A stretch of DNA of 64,000 bases. Source: Bugula neritina. Lineage: Eukaryota; Animalia; Bryozoa. Below, in pieces: positions 10,468 to 23,000 of this stretch (the stretch's first letter is position 1; each line of letters starts with the position of its first letter). A program made the translations under genes and the position numbers. Where the stretch lies: positions 9,045,408-9,109,407 of the forward strand of contig OZ037771.1 in assembly GCA_964035545.1 (NCBI GenBank). Reading direction: 5' to 3'. A model generated the notes under the pieces. That model was given only the letters and a program-made list of their open reading frames with translations. It had not been told where the DNA came from and ran no database searches.

Positions 10468-13068
10468 TTAGTAATGAAACAGGTATTTGTCCATACTGTC
10501 ATGAGTTGTAGGAGCTGTTGCTGTAACACGAGTGTCTCCTCTTTTAGTCTTTAGAGGGTACTCTTGTTTTAAAGTTCTGCGTACTTTAGTCATAAATTCC
10601 TTGAATTCACACTTCTTTAGTTCTTTATGTTGCTCAACCCATTTATCCATTAATACTGGTATGAACTGATTCCTTTTACTTCTCACCCCTTCTTGCCCAC
10701 TTTTCCATATGATGAAATTTGTCCAGTTCTGTTCATCAATCTGGGAGTTCTCCTTACCAGTACAGCTTTGTACTATCATCACCTAGCAGTAATAAATAGT
10801 ATAGGTATAATGTTTATAGCTCTTTGTTAATTTCTGTAATAGTTGGTGGAAAGCATAATTTGCTATTTTTTTATTTACCAATTACAAATAAACTTAAGGT
10901 TTATAGGTGCTAATTATGCAAGTTCAAAATAGCTTACTCTTTGTTGAGGCTAAATACATATTATATATGACCAAAACGATGTTAGTTTATAGAATTGTCA
11001 ATAGAATTAGTTGATGCATACAAATGGTTACCTTTGGTATCTCTTCATGTATGTGCTCATTGATTTTGTTAGCTATCCAGTTGAGAGGTACTAACTGCTC
11101 GTCCTGCTTAGCCTGCTCGGCCTGTTTGTCCTGCTTGCCCTGCTTAGCCTGCTCGACCTGTTTGTCCTGCTTAGCCTGCTCGGCCTGCTTGCCCTTTTTG
11201 TCCTGCTCGGCCTGCTTGCCCTTTTTGTCCTGATCGGCCTGCTCGGCCTGCTTGCCCTTTTTGTCCTGCTTGGCCTGCTCAGCCTGCTTGCCCTGTTTGT
11301 CCTGCTTAGACTGCTCGGCCTGCTTGCCCTGTTTGTCCTGCTTAGCCTGCTTGCCCTGTTTCTCCTGCTTAGCCTGCTCGGTCTGCTTGCCCTGTTTGTC
11401 CTGCTCAGCCTGTTTGTCCACACCTTGTACAGAGCTACTTGTTCCATGAGCCATTATAAATACTATCAGTAGTGAACACTGCTGCTGTAATTCTTTTAGA
11501 TGCGTTTCTAAAGACTGCCTCAATTTTTCAGCTGTCCAGTCTTCTTCCTTTTTGATGGTTTTATACCCCACCTCCCTTAGCTTAGTTAACAAGTTTTCAG
11601 CTTCTTCTTGCCCATTATTGCATTTTCTTCCATGCTCATCTTTTTCTTCTCTACCTTCTCTGCCAATTAAGTTATAGTACACCAATGCACATTTGTGAGC
11701 TCCTTTTTGTTTATTGGTGACAACAAACCTGTCAAGGAACTCATTTAGCAAAATTATGGTGTCTTGAGTCAGGCTCTCCCTTCTTGCTTCTAGGTGTATC
11801 TTATCTTGACTAGCTTCATCAAATTCATTATCAAAACCCTTACTATCTTCAAATTGTTGGTCTAAGATGTGGTCCAGGCGCTTGGAATATTGGGCATTCT
11901 TTGCCACTCTGACAAGCAAGCAAGACCACTCACTTCTGAATGACATGAATACCTCCTTTATATATTTTTTTGGCAGAAATTCTACTATCTTTATATAGAC
12001 TTCATCATTCGCCACATAAAGTAAGGCGTGTTCCAACAATGAGCGGTGTGGTGGTGGTAGCTTGTCGAACTTTTCTGTAAGCGCTTTGTATGCATGTAAC
12101 TGCGTTTCTGTTTCAGTTAAATTTTGTTTTGGTGTAAACATTCCTAGCACAGATTCAAACTGTTTAACATTAGATGTTAAAGAATAGAGGAGGAGATATG
12201 TGAACTCTTCAGAAAGACAGTTGGTAAAACTTGAGCCAGTTATATCTTCATAAACGTCTATCAGTTTTTGGATCAAAGTATTGTTGGTAGATGCAAAAGC
12301 TATAGCAAAGGCAAGAGATGTAGCTTGATCTGCTGGAAGAGTCTGTTGCTTGCTATTTCCAACTCTTTTAAAAAGCTCTTCAACAACATTTTTATTTAGT
12401 TTCAACATGTTTTCTACACATGTAGCTACCACTTCTTCTTTCTGGGAATCCACCAATATAGCAAAATGGAAGAGAGGCATGTTAAGAGCTTCAAACTCTG
12501 TAATTTTCAAAGATGCTAACTCGCTGTTGATGTTCAAAGCCCTGACAATAAAATCATGGTCTTCTTCCAAAAGCATGTAAGCCATGAAGTTGATTTCACA
12601 GCCCACATTCTGAGTTTCAGGCATAAATTTAATTTGTGTTGTACTCTTGATATCTTTTCGACAAAATTTATCCCCAAAGTAAAATAATTTCTTAGTAACA
12701 ACTTCGTATAATTTTTGATGATCACCACTGATGATGCAAGTTTCAGCCTGCTGCCTTAGTTCTTCTCTTTCAGTTTCAAGAGCTTCTTCATTGGCATTTA
12801 TCAGCAGTGGAGTTAATCCAGGACAGCGGACATACGACTTATCTGAAGGCTTTTTTCTTGCTGAGCTGAACAAATATTCAAGTACTGGATAGATGTCTTC
12901 AATATCATGCTCCTCAACTGCAGGGCTGCTCTGTCCATTAAATATATTATGTAATTTATCTCTCAGCCTTTCAAGTTCTGGTTTGTTTTCAAAATTTGCT
13001 GAATCAAGAAGTTGAATAATTGACGTTTCATGGACCTGTTCTTCAACTTGCTGCATGTCTGTTTCCAT
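10468..13068 (-). CDS. Caspase-domain (peptidase C14-like) protein with ankyrin-like N-terminal region, copy A; coding exons 13068-11032 and 10782-10468 (~783 aa)
   Basis: p20-like ALVYYN...EEAENLLTKLREVGY...WTAEKL...SLLIVFIMAHG; a phase-0 GT-AG splice joins IPK|VMIVQSCTG (cf. KPK..IQACRG); p10-like NFIIWKSGQEGVRSKRNQFIPVL. Ankyrin-like motifs PLFHFAIL, TSLAFAIA, SLLEHALL are weaker. Confidence 0.85.
11101..11415 (-). repeat. Coding 9-nt tandem repeat, 35 x (K/E)Q(A/D/G), inside the caspase domain
   Basis: Units such as cctgcttag / cctgtttgt; 105 aa inserted between VQGVD and EQLVPL. Confidence 0.95.
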
Positions 13069-15381
13069 CTTTCAATCTACCAATTACCAATTAGCAGTTT
13101 TAAAACAACACCAGTAACATTAGAATAGGCATCTTTGTTATAAGCAGCTATTCTAAATCTTAATAATTGTGGATATTCATAATCATGTATGTTCATGCCA
13201 AAACATATAGCGTAATGGGTGGGGGGGGGGGTCACAACTGCCATAGGGTTACAAAAAGCCGTCAAATTGTGATAGAACTTATCGACTGTGAGTTGTGATT
13301 TCTTCTTTAATAAAAAAGCAATGACATAATTGTTCAGTCATTGTAATTTCAACAATAGCGGAACATACATGTTGACGAGGCGAGTAAAGATTTGTTTCTG
13401 CCTACCTTTTGTAAGCTTTTTAAGATGTTGTTAAAGCTTTATAACTTTTTACACTCAAAGGTGACAAGCCTAGTTCTTACTGATATTGTTGCCCTTGCTT
13501 GTATTTACATTGCTAAACTAGTATAACAGCAGATTCTAAAATAAATTTTCCTTGAGCCCCGTTTATTTTCAACTTGGGCACAATGGGCCACCTAATCATT
13601 GCACCTTGATTACTACCATTAGTTTGCTTGCCCAAAAGTCAGTTGAAATTTTGGTAAATTCATAGATATAGCCATAACTGTTTTGTAAAATATCAAAGAT
13701 ATCATGGTAAGATTACTAACTGGTGTAGCATTTAGACTAGATAATAGATATTATTAAACTAGTAACTTGAAAAACAGAAGAATGAGACCAGAAAATTCAA
13801 AATTCGGTTCATTGTGCCCTCCCCCTGTTATTCCTACTGATAAGAGCCCATATCAATCTGTTTAGCCCATCGATTTAATCTATAGCAAAGTATTACATGT
13901 ATGAGAAATAGCAGTTGCAGTATAGAGTGTGCGTGCGTGCGTGCGTGCGTGTGTGTGTTTATCCAAACAACATGGATAAAGACATAACATGGTGTCAGGT
14001 ATCATGACCTGACATCTTCACAACCAGGGATGCAGTGGGTATATAACACAAGGCATAACTATAGGCAGTTCAAGCTACTGGCTTTGACATTAACTGTAAG
14101 AAAAGTAGATTCCGTTTTTTAATTATTGACTTAAAGTCGATGGTGCACTAAAGTTAATACCTGGTAGTAGTTCTTAGACTTTGTTACTGAGCTATGGAAG
14201 TCAAATAATACTGGATAAGATCAGAGTCACACTGTGAAGATTAATTTAAGTTAGTACCTAAAGCTAATAGTATTAGCAGCACTCAGCAATGGCGTCGCTT
14301 TAACAACCAACTCCCCTCAACTTGAAGGTTGACAATCTGAAGCCGTTGGATTTCGTAATGCTTCATCAACTGATAGCCCGAATAGATTTATTAGGTTAAG
14401 TTATCTCATGCCAAAGGGTTAAAGCCTAAAGGTCATATATCACTCTACAGTCTCCTTCATGCTAGCTTGTGTGAAGCTAATCAGATTGATGCAGGGTTAA
14501 TGATCACAGGAGTAAAGAATGAAGAGCTGCTCACTCACAACTGACTGTTGCTGATGGTGGTCGTTGCAACATTCACTTAAGCTTGCTTTCCACCAAGGGA
14601 AAATATATTGCACTACACAACATAGTTTTATTATATAAAACAATGACACTGTGCACAATGCACTATGATTTCCTGTAAAATTCACAAGTATGTATGTGAC
14701 CTTAGTGATTAAATGGCTAGTGGCTAGACATAAAGTTGGTGATGGAGCTGTACAATAATATGTTAAGAGCCAAAGCAAAGTAGTTATTCATCACCATTGT
14801 TAATATTTATCTAAATAACTTTAAAGTTGAGCAGTTTTTCTGACTTGCATGTTTAACTTATTTAGGCTTATGCATGGGTTTATTTATGCATAGTTTGTTT
14901 ATAGAAATGTGAATTTTAATATATGTAATTTATAATAAATAAGTCAATATCGGCATAATAAATCATGTTCCTAGTTCTAGTCCTAGTCAAAACAACAACA
15001 ATAAACCAATTTAATCCTATGCAGATAAAACACACAGTTGACCTAATAGTTTTATTTCTAGTTTTTGCTCCTACAATGATTGTGTTTATTTTTATTGTGT
15101 AGGCCTATATGCATTGTACTTAATATAAATCGGGTTCAAATCCAGAACTCCTAAAAATTGCTTGCCATGAGTGTGTGTGTGTGCGCGTGTGCGCAAGTGC
15201 GCGTGTGCGTGTGAACATGTACTAGTAGCAGCAGTAGCAGCTAGCAGTAGCGACATGTTATAATGGTATGGTGATGATATGTGACAAGATGAATATAAAA
15301 TGATAATATCACTTTGAAATCTAGCAACTAACTAACTCTTTAGCAAGAACTACACAAGTATTATATATAGATGCGGACTAT

Positions 15382-15772
15382 TGTGGTAAATTTATGTTGT
15401 GTGCATGTGTCCTTTGTTGTCGAGATCGGCACTTCGGTCCTCCGAAACACCGATATGCCGATTCTCGGCATATCGGAATACCGAAGTGCAGAAATGCCAG
15501 GATCGGCATTTCGGATTCCCGAAGTGCCGATATTCGGCATTTCGGGCCTCCGATCTCGGCAAACAAAAGAATGTCTTTGTCCTGCATATATATAAAAGCC
15601 AGCGAGTTCCAGTGTAGTTCAGTCTACTACTGGAGCTCGCTGGATAAAGACCATTGATTCACTCGGACTATACTACAATAAAGTTATCTACCTTCTACCT
15701 TATTTCTCGCCTTGTTTCTCATAACAAGCATGTAAAGCACTAGTTTCATTCACAACCCACAAAATTATCACA
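15382..15772 (+). repeat. 5' LTR (391 bp)
   Basis: Near-identical to 25497-25895; TATATAAAA box ~15589, AATAAA ~15678. Confidence 0.95.
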
Positions 15773-15773
15773 T

Positions 15774-15791
15774 TGGTGGCAGCGGTGGGAT
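15774..15791 (+). promoter_or_regulatory. Primer-binding site complementary to tRNA-Leu 3' end
   Basis: TGGTGGCAGCGGTGGGAT is the complement of ...ATCCCACCGCTGCCA-CCA, the 3' end of eukaryotic tRNA-Leu(AAG/TAG). Confidence 0.9.
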
Positions 15792-15823
15792 TCTACGAAT
15801 AGCTAGTTGCTGAGAGGAATAAG

Positions 15824-16691
15824 ATGGCCCCAGGGGACCCAGCCCCTGCGGCAGCAGCACCGCCAGCCCTCACTGTTGAGGCGCTGGTTACAGCCCTCCA
15901 GGGATTGCGGGAGCAAGGACAGGCATCACCTGGTGACAGGTATCGCCTCCAGCCCCCGACTTTCGGAGGAGATGGAGACGTGGAACAGTTCATCAAGGAC
16001 TTCGAGGACGTGGCCACCACCGCTGAATGGCCAGTACGGGTGCGCGTCCTCCAACTCCGGGCCTGTCTGACAGGCCGGGCCAGGAACTTCGCACTGGGAC
16101 CCGACGAGGCCCACATCATGCGGGCTCTTAGGGCCCGGTTCGGCCTGACCACGGAAGAGGCGTCAGACCAGCTACAAGTGATGAGGAGAGACCGAAGGAC
16201 ACCTCTGGAAGATCACGCTAACGAGGTAGAGCGCCTGGCTCAGGCTGCTTTCGGTCACGCCACTGGCGAATATCGGAAGCGCCTCGTTTTTAACGCGTTC
16301 TTCCGGAGCGTGAACCACCCGGACCTCCAGTGGTACTGGCTGGCCGCGAAGGTCAAGAGCCTGGACGAAGCACTAGAGATGGGGAAGGCCTACTTCCAAG
16401 TAGAAGAACCACGAAGGGCGAACTACGCAGCTCGCAACCCCACAAGTGGCAGCAGCAGCTACTCCGTCGCCTGAGCAGACGCAGCTCAACATGCTGATGA
16501 GCATGATGAAAGGCCTGCAGGCTACGGTGACAGAGTTGCAGCGCAACCAGACGGACAGGCGGGCTCCCCGCTCGCGGGACGACCCTGTCCGCCCCCCTCT
16601 GCCCACTTGTTGGGAGTGCGGGATGCCAGGACATGTGAGAAGGCACTGCCCTAAGGGACAGAAGCCTTTAAACACCCAAGGCTCACGGTGA
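15824..16691 (+). CDS. gag: Gypsy Gag with CCHC knuckle, one frameshift near 16430-16450
   Basis: Capsid-like ORF 15824-16474 continues in another frame (16446-16691) containing CWECGMPGHVRRHC. Confidence 0.85.
16667..16673 (+). promoter_or_regulatory. -1 ribosomal frameshift slippery site T TTA AAC
   Basis: In-phase X XXY YYZ heptamer just before the gag stop; a -1 shift enters the open 16688-17200 frame. Confidence 0.7.
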
Positions 16692-17049
16692 ATTCCGCCA
16701 CCCGTGCGCCCCACGCCAATCCGGTCCGGGATAGGACTCGGAAGACAACAGAAGAGACCTCTCCAGAGTCGACCTACATCGAGTGGCACGCAAACCGGAG
16801 ATCTCGGAGAACGAAAGGCCTACCCGATCCCCCTGCCATGCCACTCGATACCCGGATGGAACTAGAAGAAACCGGATGGCAGGCACCTCGGAGATCTCGG
16901 AGACCGCAAGGTCTACCCGATCCTCCAGCCTGGCCACTTTGTAACCGGTTCGCGGGGTTGCCCGAGGAGGTTGTGGAGGAGGATTCAGCTTACTCGCAAG
17001 AGTACCCCAAGCTACCCTCCCGACCTCAGAAAACCCCCGTTGTCTCTAA

Positions 17050-20000
17050 GACAAAGAGGAGGCCCAAGTTGTGTCTCCCCCAGAGACTGACCGCTCCAGG
17101 AGCACCCAGCCGTATGGAAGCAGCTACTTCCTGCCCGGAAAGATTTCGGGTAAAGCTGCCACATTCCTACTGGATACTGGGTGCACTACCAACCTGCTGA
17201 GTAGGCGTCTCTTTGACACTCTTGGTGCACGAGAGCGGGCGAGCCTCGAGCCGTATGAAGGTGCGCATGGTACGTTGGCGGACGGATCATGCTATCCTTT
17301 CTACAGCGTCATTTCACTACCTGGACGCGTTCGTGATCAAGCGATTCACGAGACGTTCATAGTCAGCCAGCTGAAGGAGGACGCCATCTTGGGAATGCCC
17401 TTCCTGGAGAAACACCAGTGTCACATGGATTTCCAGAAGTCAGTGGTGGTGATGGCTGGGAAGGAACTTGTCTGTGTTGACAAGTTTGGCAGGCCCTTGG
17501 TGGGCGGAGTCCAGGTAGTGCGGGACTGCACAGTTCCGGGGAGGTCCCAGGCGACTCTCCGATGCAGAGTCAACTGCAAGGGGATCGCCGGCCTGGGGAT
17601 GGTTGAAGGAACGCACGGAGCCATCCGACTAGCAAACAGCCTGAATCGGCTAGATTGTCGGCAAGAGCTCCTCGTGCAGTGCATCAACCCCTTCACGGAA
17701 CCTGTCCAATTATCGGCTGGAGCGCTGGTGGGGAAGTACCACTCCATCCAGGAAGCGGATGTGGGTCCGGCACTGGAGACAGTGGCCGACACCCAGGGGA
17801 ACCCCCCTCACACCAGACGAGAAGCAGTCCCGGAGCACCTAGCTGACCTGTATGGCGGAGCATGCGGAAACTGTACGGGTAGTACTGAACGCCAAGTACT
17901 GGCTCAACTACTCGCGGAGTACAGTGATGTCTTCAGTCGTGGCGATGGAGACATGGGGCTGACTAAGGTTATCTCCCACGAGATACCCCTGGCGGCCGGC
18001 ACCACTCCCATCAGGCAGCCTACCCGACGTCTAGGCCCGGAGAAGGAGAAGGAGGTGAGCCGACAGGTACAGGATCTTCTGGACCGGGATCTGATTGAGC
18101 CTGCCCACGGTGCGTGGAGCTCCCCAGTGGTCCTGGTCAAGAAGAAGGATGGTAGCTGGAGATTCTGCGTGGACTACCGCAGACTCAACAACGCTACCAT
18201 CCAGGACGCCTACCCTCTCCCCAAGATAGATGAGTCTCTAGACGCCCTCGCGGGTAGCAAGTACTTCAGTACTTTGGATCTGCTTAGCGGGTACTGGCAA
18301 GTGCCCCTCAGTCCTGATGCACAGGACAAAGCAGCATTCATTACTCGCGACGGGCTCTGGAAGTGGAAAGTACTGCCAATCGGACTGACGTCCGCTCCGG
18401 CAACATTCCAACGACTCATGGAGCAAGTCCTCAGTGGGTTACACTGGAAAACCCTCCTCATCTATCTGGACGATGTCATTGTCATCTCCCCAGACTTCTC
18501 GACTCATGTCAGCCGTCTGTGGGAGGTCTTTGACCGTCTCCGGGCAGCTGGACTGAAGCTGAAGCCCTCCAAGTGTGCACTCCTGCAGCCAGAAGTCACG
18601 TACCTGGGCCATGTGGTTGGCCGTGATGGGGTCGCTACCGACCCGGAGAAGGTACAAGCTGTGAAGGAGTGGACCGTCCCCCGTGACCTCCCTGAGTTGC
18701 GTGCATTCCTGGGCCTAGTAGGGTACTACCGGCAGTACATACCTGGGTTCGCAGGAGTGGCTCAGCCGTTAAATCGGCTGACCGCAAAGGGAGTCCGGTG
18801 GCAGTGGACACAGGAGGAGCAGCAGGCATTCGACCACCTCAAGCGACGGCTAATGGAAGCACCAATCCTGGCGTATCCTGATCCCGCCAAAGAGTACATT
18901 CTGGACACCGACGCCAGCGACCACAGCGTGGGAGCCGTCTTGTCTCAAGTCCAGGGTGGAAGTGAGGTGGTCGTGGCTTACTACAGCAAGACTCTCGCGG
19001 CCGCCGAGAAGAACTACTGCACCACTAGGAAGGAACTCCTAGCAGTAGTCAAGGCGGTCAAGCACTTTCGGCCATATCTGTATGGGAAATCGTTCCGTCT
19101 GCGAACAGACCATGCATCACTGATATGGCTGTGTAAGCGTGCAGAGCCCTCGAGCCAGGTGGCTCGTTGGCTAGAGATTCTTGCCGAGTTCTCTTACCGG
19201 ATAGAGCACCGTGCAGGCCGGAAGCATGGGAACGCCGACGGCATGAGCCGCCGGCCGGTAGAGGACTGTAAGCAATGCCTGCACATTGAACAGCGGGACG
19301 GGGGACCCGCTCGCCTTGACGTGGAAGCAGAGCTAGTGAAGGGCACCGCCTACCAGTGGGAGCACGGCCATCTTCGGACCGAAACCCACCAGGACGGTGT
19401 CCAAGCACTCCACGCCAACCCTACTCTGCACCAGAACGTCAAGGAGCTGTGCCGACTCCAGGAGACGCTACCCGGCGCGGTAGCGGACATCTTCCGGGCC
19501 AAGAAGGAGGGCCGACGACCTAGCGAGGAACAGCAGCAGCAGGGAGACGTTGAGTTCCAACTCCTCTGTCGTCGCTGGGATGCCCTCAAGGTCAGTCCTG
19601 ATGGCCTCCTGATGATAACGTTAGCAGCAGACAACCGCCAGCAGGAGAGGGACCGCGTCGTCTGTCCACGGGCCCTCCGGCGGAAACTGATCTGGGACAC
19701 CCATAAGCAGGCTCATGCTGGAGTCAGTCGGGTCATCAGGTGTCTGCGGCTGCGTTGGTATTGGCCCGGAATGACTCGGGACGTACGACTGCAGGTACGG
19801 CAATGCGAGGTCTGCCAAGCTAGCAAGCATGGCCGCCCCACGGAAACCACTGGTCGACGCCGGCTGTACGCTGGTCGACCGTGGCAAGTAGTGGCGGTAG
19901 ACCTCGTTGGGCCTATGCCGTTATCCGCCAGAGGGAACACCTGGATACTGGTGCTCACGGACCACTTTACCCGGTGGGCGGACGCTCTGGCTATTCCAGA

Positions 20001-23000
20001 CGCAACCGCCCCCACGGTGGCCCGGACCCTGGACCAACATGTGTTCTGTTACCTCGGTTTGCCCGAGCAGATACATACGGACCAGGGCGCCCAGTTCCAG
20101 TCCCAGCTCATGGGAGACCTCTGCCGGATATGGGGGGTGAACCAGAGTCGGATCACCCCATATCACCCGCAAGGGAACGGAGTCGTCGAGCGGAACAACA
20201 GGATGTTGGGTGACGCACTCCGGAGCCTGCTCCTTGGTCGAGGTCAGGAAGAATGGGACGTGGTGCTGCCGCAGATCATACGGGCTTACCGCAGCACACC
20301 ACACTCCGCCACGCAGGAGACCCCAAACTTCCTGATGCTAGGCCGAGAGACGCGGGTCCCGGAACACCTGACGTACCATGTTCCTGCCCCCGAGTCACCG
20401 GTACACGAATATGTGGAGGGTCTGATGGACATCATGGGCAAGGCTCATGATGCACTGCGCACACAGCAGTGGCAGACCCGCACAGAGGACTCGGAGGAGC
20501 CCCCGTTGTACCAGGTGGGAGACTGGGTCTGGATGGTGAGCTACCGTAGGCGACGCGGACAGTCGGCTAAGCTTCAGCCCAAGTTCGTCGGTCCCTACTG
20601 CGTAGTGGCGGTGCTGCCCAACCACACGTACCGTGTGGAGCGCTCTAGACAGATCTCCGTCCAGAGCGAGCAGCGCCTCAAACCTTACCATGCCAGCCCA
20701 GACGCGGTGGGTCAGGCTCCGCCTCTCCTGGAGCCCCACCATCAGCCCAACCGTCGAGGACGGGCCACCCGGCCCCGAGAGGTGGAAATTATGGTCCCAA
20801 GGGAGACGGACCAGGAGCAGGCCGCCTTGATAGAGCAGCTGGAGCGGCAGCAGAGAGCAGAGCGGGAGCAGGAACAGCGACAAGCTCTTGGATCACCACC
20901 CTTCCTGGGGGAGGACACCCCCACCCCCGTGTTGGGTGAAGACGGGGACCCCCCTACTAGGCTAGCCCAGGAGCCACCAACACCACCAGTGCCTGTTCCA
21001 CTTGAGAGGAGCCAGCGGTCAAGAAGACCCCCCAGGTACCTGGCAGACTATGCTGTAGGGCACCTGGAGTGGCCCCCTCCTGAGGACGACCCCCCCCCCC
21101 GCACTGACTACCACCCCATCTTGGTTGGAAATTCCCTCCATCACCTCGGAGAATTCCACCAAGAAGAAGAAATGGCCGACCAAATTTCGGAAGACACTCG
21201 ATCACGCGAGTTGTCTTTTCGAAATCCGGGGGAAATTCCCACGAGCCACGCAACTCGGGCTTCAGCAGGTAATACTTCTGAAGCACGAGGTTCGGCCATT
21301 TCTCATTCTGATTTCACACAGCTCGCACGGCAATTACAGCTCAAGCTAAATTCTGATTCTAATACTAATTTTGACTTTAATACTGTTCTCCAAACGCTAT
21401 CAGCAGCTATGGGAATTACTTTACCAGACACGCAATCAGGTATTTCTTCTAGATTAGATCCTCCAGTTACGGAGTCTAGTCAAACTAAAGTAGACTGGTC
21501 TTTACTAGACTTACTTGGTTCTGATTTCTTAGAACCGGAGGCCGAGATGGATCTTGGAGATGACTCTGCCATTGATACCTTGTTAAATCATGATGTAGGC
21601 TCAGTCAATTTCTGCGATACACCTCAGCCCTCGGTTTTTAATTTAACTCCATACACACCTGTGCCGAATTTCGGCGATAGTGAGACCGGCTTATCACAGC
21701 CTCTACTATCTGTTCTAGAGGAGCGTATGGACATTGAGGAGGCCAGTCAGTCCGACTCCCCACTCCCACCGACCCTTGCTTCGGCTTCTAACAGCCAGCA
21801 GGCCGCCACCTCCTCCACAGAGGTGTGTTCTGCCATCGTTAGTGGCCCTGACCCCAAACCGGTCGAGCTTCAGCTCACGGCCGGGGAGGAGCAGGGCATC
21901 CTACACGGCGACCACCTGCCAGCAGAAGAAGATAACTCCCCAATACTGGCCCTGCCTCGGGCCCTGGTCGCCCGCCAGTATTGGGTGACTGGACCCACCA
22001 ATCTGAAGATTGGCGAAGCTTGCGGTGAGCCGGGCAACCGCATCTGCCATGAGTGTAAGAGGAAATTCTCCTCTGCACGGCGGTTGCGCGTACACGCCCC
22101 ACAGCACTACATCAACGTGTTTTGCCCGTGTGGGGAATTCTCCTACCAAAGAGACTATGTGTTGAGACATCAACGCATAGCTCACTGCCACACGGGCTAC
22201 ACGTTTGCTGTAGACCAGGCCTCCTTTCCCGAATTTCGGGACCTGGTGCTGCCACACGTGGCGGATCCCCATAAACGGGCTGCTCTCGCCCTGGGATTCC
22301 CCGCGTGTAGGCCTGTTCGGGAGGAAGAAGGGGAGCCCACAGTTAGTTTAAGGTCATTACTTTCCAGATTCAAGCACTGCTTTATGCTATATATAAACGG
22401 TTTCCAGGGGATAGCTCGAACAGTTTTTGTCTCACATTAACAAATTTTACATGAAAAGATAGCTCTTGCATTCCTCTTTCATATACTTTTTTAATTTTTC
22501 AATAAAAAATTTTCTGAGAAAGTTGTTGCATAATAAGTAAAATTTTATACCCTCCATGTTCCACTGCTGTAGCACAGGGGATTCATTTTATAAAGTCTAA
22601 AAGTTAAACTTGACATTCCTTGATATGTTTTCTCTAATATACTTTCTTTGTTTTTTGAAATTCTGTTTATGCTCTTCACAATTTGGTAAAAACATACACC
22701 ATTTTGCAAGTTTCACTGCAATTTTCTAAATTCTTCATATGGTGGTTCTAGCTACGCTCCTGTGACTAATTATAACATTTCTAGTACGTTTGCCGCTCTG
22801 CGCTATCACAATAACATATAGTACCCTCTCGCACAAATTGGCAATCTATTGGATTTCTGCCAAGATAATGTTCCCTGTTTTACATTAGCACTTAGCTGAA
22901 TCATCTCACTATGTTACAATAATATATTGAAAATGCCTTAGCACAACATAATTCTTTGTTTGTTTGGCAGAGTTAATTTCAGCTAAATCACTTCACTTCT

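Noticed and set aside
11024-11449. Cys-rich plus-strand ORFs (CLACSACLSC...) resembling metallothionein/keratin-associated proteins, and an Arg/Ser-rich alternative frame
   Set aside because: Antisense and alternative-frame readings of the 9-nt coding repeat in the caspase gene.
15371-15657. Multiple overlapping ORFs in both LTRs (also 25209-25780)
   Set aside because: Produced by stop-poor GC-rich palindromic repeats; no recognisable protein features.
17421-22272. Numerous antisense and alternative-frame ORFs within pol
   Set aside because: Expected shadows of a GC-rich long ORF; no independent motifs.
21172-22337. env gene in the Gypsy third-ORF position
   Set aside because: No signal peptide or transmembrane segment; contains zinc fingers instead.
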